DNA of 22,937 nt from an uncultured Clostridia bacterium (GTDB taxonomy: Bacteria > Bacillota > Clostridia > Christensenellales > Aristaeellaceae), in the NCBI GenBank assembly GCA_937907055.1, contig CALCTW010000011.1, forward strand, positions 1-22,937. The letters run 5' to 3'. Under the pieces are notes generated by a model, which saw only the letters and a list, made by a program, of their open reading frames with translations, searched no databases and was not told where the DNA came from. A program made the position numbers and the translations under genes. Positions 21,193 through 22,937 of this stretch are shown one piece after another. Every line of letters starts with the position of its first letter. Position 1 is the stretch's first letter.

Positions 21193-22842
21193 ATGTATAC
21201 GATCATTAACGGTGAAAACAAAAAAACATTTGATCACGCGCTGACAGCGGGAGAGATCCTGCAGACGATGTGCCCTAAAACGGACGCGCTGGCCTGTCTG
21301 CTGGACGGACAACTGCTGGAACTGAATAATCTGGTATGCAGGGACGCGCGCGTTTCGCCTGTTACCTACGCGGATGACGAGGGACGGCGGATCTACGAGC
21401 GCGGCGTTCGCTTTATTCTGCTGCTGGCGGCCCGGCGTGTGCTGCCGGGGCTGAAGATCCGTATCGAGAATTCGCTTGGATACGGCGTGTATATGCGCCT
21501 TGTGCAGAAGGAAGTGACAGAGGAAGAACTGGCGCTTCTTGAAAAGGAGATGCATGCTCTTGTCAGCATGGATCTGCCGTTCATCAAGGAAAAGTGGACG
21601 CGTGAGCGCGCGCTTGAGTATTTCACGGCGCAGGGCGCGGAGGATAAGGTGAAGCTGCTTTCCTATCGCCCGTACGACTGGTTCTATGTATATAACTGCG
21701 GCGGTATGGCGGAATACTTCTATGGCGCCATGCCTGTTTCGACAGGATGCGTGAAGGCTTTCAGTCTCTGGAAATGCCGCGATGGTTTTGTGATGCAGCT
21801 TCCTTCTCCGGAAAGCCCCGACAAGCCGGCTCCCGCGGTGGAGCGTCCGCGTCATCTGGCGGCCTTTGATGAATCGAATGAGTGGTGCCGTATTCTGCGC
21901 TGCACCAATGTGACCGATGTGAATGAAATGATCCGCAGCGGGACATTCAGGGAGTTTATCCGCGTAAACGAAGCATTGCAGGATAAATCTGCTGCCGCTG
22001 TCGCGGAGAAGGTGGCCCGGAAAGGCGCGCGGGCGGTCTTTATCGCGGGACCGTCTTCCAGCGGAAAGACGACCTTTGCCAATCGTCTCCGCATTCAATT
22101 GCGCGTGCTGGGATATAATCCAAAACTGATCTCGCTGGATGATTTCTATCTGGATCGGAAGGATCTGCCGCTGGAAGCCGACGGAAAGCCGGATTTGGAG
22201 GCGCTGACCGCGCTGGATGTGCCGATGATCCGCAAGTGTGTGGGAGAACTGCTGGACGGAAAAACAGTAGAGATGCCGCTTTATGATTTCCATACCCAGA
22301 GCCGTAAGCCGGAAGGCGTGATGATGAATCTGGCGAAGGATGAGCTGCTGATCGTAGAGGGCATTCACGGATTGAATCCCGCGCTTCATACTGCTTTCGA
22401 TCCCGGACTGATCTTCAAGGTATTCATCACGGAACTGACCTGCCTGAACCTGGATGATCATAACCGGATCCGTACCACCGACGCCAGGCTGATGAGAAGG
22501 ATCGTGAGGGATCATCAGTTCCGCGGAACACCCCCGGTGGATACACTGGCAATGTGGGCCAGTGTGCGCCGCGGCGAAGAAAAGTGGATCTTCCCCTATC
22601 AGGAACAGGCGGATGTGGTCTTCAATTCGGTGCTTCATTATGAACTGCCCTTTATCCGGAACATCGCTTACGATCTTTTGAAGCGCATTCCCGCGGACAA
22701 CCCCTATCATCTGGTGTCACAGCGTCTGATCAAGATCCTGAATTATATTCTGCCCGCGCCGGTGAACGCCATGACGGAGATCCCGCCGCTGAGTATTCTG
22801 CGCGAGTTCATCGGAGGCAATACCTTCTACGCGGAATCGTGA
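21193..22842 (+). CDS. udk: Long-form nucleoside/uridine kinase: N-terminal TGS and ThrRS-N2-like domains fused to a P-loop uridine kinase
   Basis: I moved the start to ATG 21193 (GAGGTG upstream), giving MYTIINGENKKTF... The N-terminal ~200 aa resemble the ThrRS N-terminal TGS/second additional domain. The kinase part has Walker A IAGPSSSGKTTFANRL, LSLDDFY, IVEGIHGLNP and RRIVRDHQFRG. The 30 codons upstream in the ORF track overlap the previous gene and lack support. Confidence 0.87.
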   Translation: MYTIINGENKKTFDHALTAGEILQTMCPKTDALACLLDGQLLELNNLVCRDARVSPVTYADDEGRRIYERGVRFILLLAARRVLPGLKIRIENSLGYGVYMRLVQKEVTEEELALLEKEMHALVSMDLPFIKEKWTRERALEYFTAQGAEDKVKLLSYRPYDWFYVYNCGGMAEYFYGAMPVSTGCVKAFSLWKCRDGFVMQLPSPESPDKPAPAVERPRHLAAFDESNEWCRILRCTNVTDVNEMIRSGTFREFIRVNEALQDKSAAAVAEKVARKGARAVFIAGPSSSGKTTFANRLRIQLRVLGYNPKLISLDDFYLDRKDLPLEADGKPDLEALTALDVPMIRKCVGELLDGKTVEMPLYDFHTQSRKPEGVMMNLAKDELLIVEGIHGLNPALHTAFDPGLIFKVFITELTCLNLDDHNRIRTTDARLMRRIVRDHQFRGTPPVDTLAMWASVRRGEEKWIFPYQEQADVVFNSVLHYELPFIRNIAYDLLKRIPADNPYHLVSQRLIKILNYILPAPVNAMTEIPPLSILREFIGGNTFYAES

Positions 22843-22858
22843 CCGACGATGATATAAC

Positions 22859-22882
22859 AAAAAAAGCAGCCGCAGGGCTGCT
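22859..22882 (-). terminator. Hairpin with a U-run only on the minus strand (terminator for an oncoming gene beyond the window?)
   Basis: A7 (22859-22865), then stem AGCAGCC (22865-22871) / GGCTGCT (22876-22882) with a GCAG loop. On the minus strand the stem is followed by TTTTTTT. Confidence 0.45.
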
Positions 22883-22903
22883 TCAGACCATCAACAAAGT
22901 AAA

Positions 22904-22936
22904 GCGTCTGTGCAAAAAAAAGCACAGGCGCTTTTT
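22904..22936 (+). terminator. Intrinsic terminator of the kinase gene
   Basis: 10-bp stem GCGTCTGTGC (22904-22913) / GCACAGGCGC (22922-22931) with one G-U pair, an A8 loop, then TTTTT (22932-22936). Confidence 0.85.
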
Positions 22937-22937
22937 G

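Noticed and set aside
21136-22710. A 524-aa minus-strand ORF antisense to the TGS-uridine kinase gene.
   Set aside because: It is a shadow ORF. The plus strand carries a Walker A motif and uridine-kinase blocks.
1-22937. Scan for CRISPR arrays, tRNA/rRNA genes, IS elements or terminal inverted repeats, integrases, toxin-antitoxin pairs and defence-system hallmarks.
   Set aside because: I found none. The intergenic regions are short and are accounted for by promoters, leaders and terminators. There are no repeated 25-40-nt units and no T-loop (GTTCGAATC-like) motifs. No transposase-, recombinase- or nuclease/ATPase-type defence proteins were recognised.

Overview
This looks like an ordinary core-genome segment of a GC-rich Firmicute. 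It is probably a Clostridia/Oscillospirales-type anaerobe; that is inferred from the DnaX, GpmI, M18 aminopeptidase and TGS-uridine-kinase sequences and the AGGAGG-type Shine-Dalgarno (SD) sites.

I support 20 protein-coding genes, in this order:
- 5'-truncated GHL/DUF4015-like protein
- EamA transporter (-)
- truA
- M18 aminopeptidase
- YbaK/ProX-like deacylase
- DUF2927-like secreted protein (-)
- COG2509 flavoprotein (-)
- dnaX (-)
- gpmI
- Zn-ribbon membrane protein
- dut
- membrane-anchored coiled-coil protein (-)
- flotillin (-)
- minimal Hanks-type kinase (-)
- fused ThrE-family exporter
- surE
- RpiR/MurR regulator
- HI0933/BaiN-like flavoprotein
- DEDDh exonuclease with a Zn-ribbon tail
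- TGS-uridine kinase

Most convergent gene pairs are separated by clear, often bidirectional, intrinsic terminators. Several sigma-A-like promoters can be read by eye. I see no rRNA, tRNA, CRISPR array, IS/transposase, integrase or phage genes. The many long ORFs antisense to these genes are shadow ORFs.

I do not see a convincing new multi-gene system such as a defence island or mobile element. The best leads are modest:
1. A stand-alone minimal Ser/Thr-kinase-like gene sits directly upstream of a flotillin that has no NfeD partner.
2. A GC-rich three-hairpin leader lies in front of the fused ThrE exporter and may be a cis-regulatory RNA.
3. A strong SD drives an ATG-TGA start-stop mini-ORF in the leader of the ProX-like gene.
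4. An uncharacterised Zn-ribbon/2-TM protein is translationally coupled (ATGA overlaps) between gpmI and dut.
5. Nested inverted repeats overlap the promoter of the RpiR-family regulator.

All family assignments come from motif recognition by eye and need HMM or BLAST confirmation.
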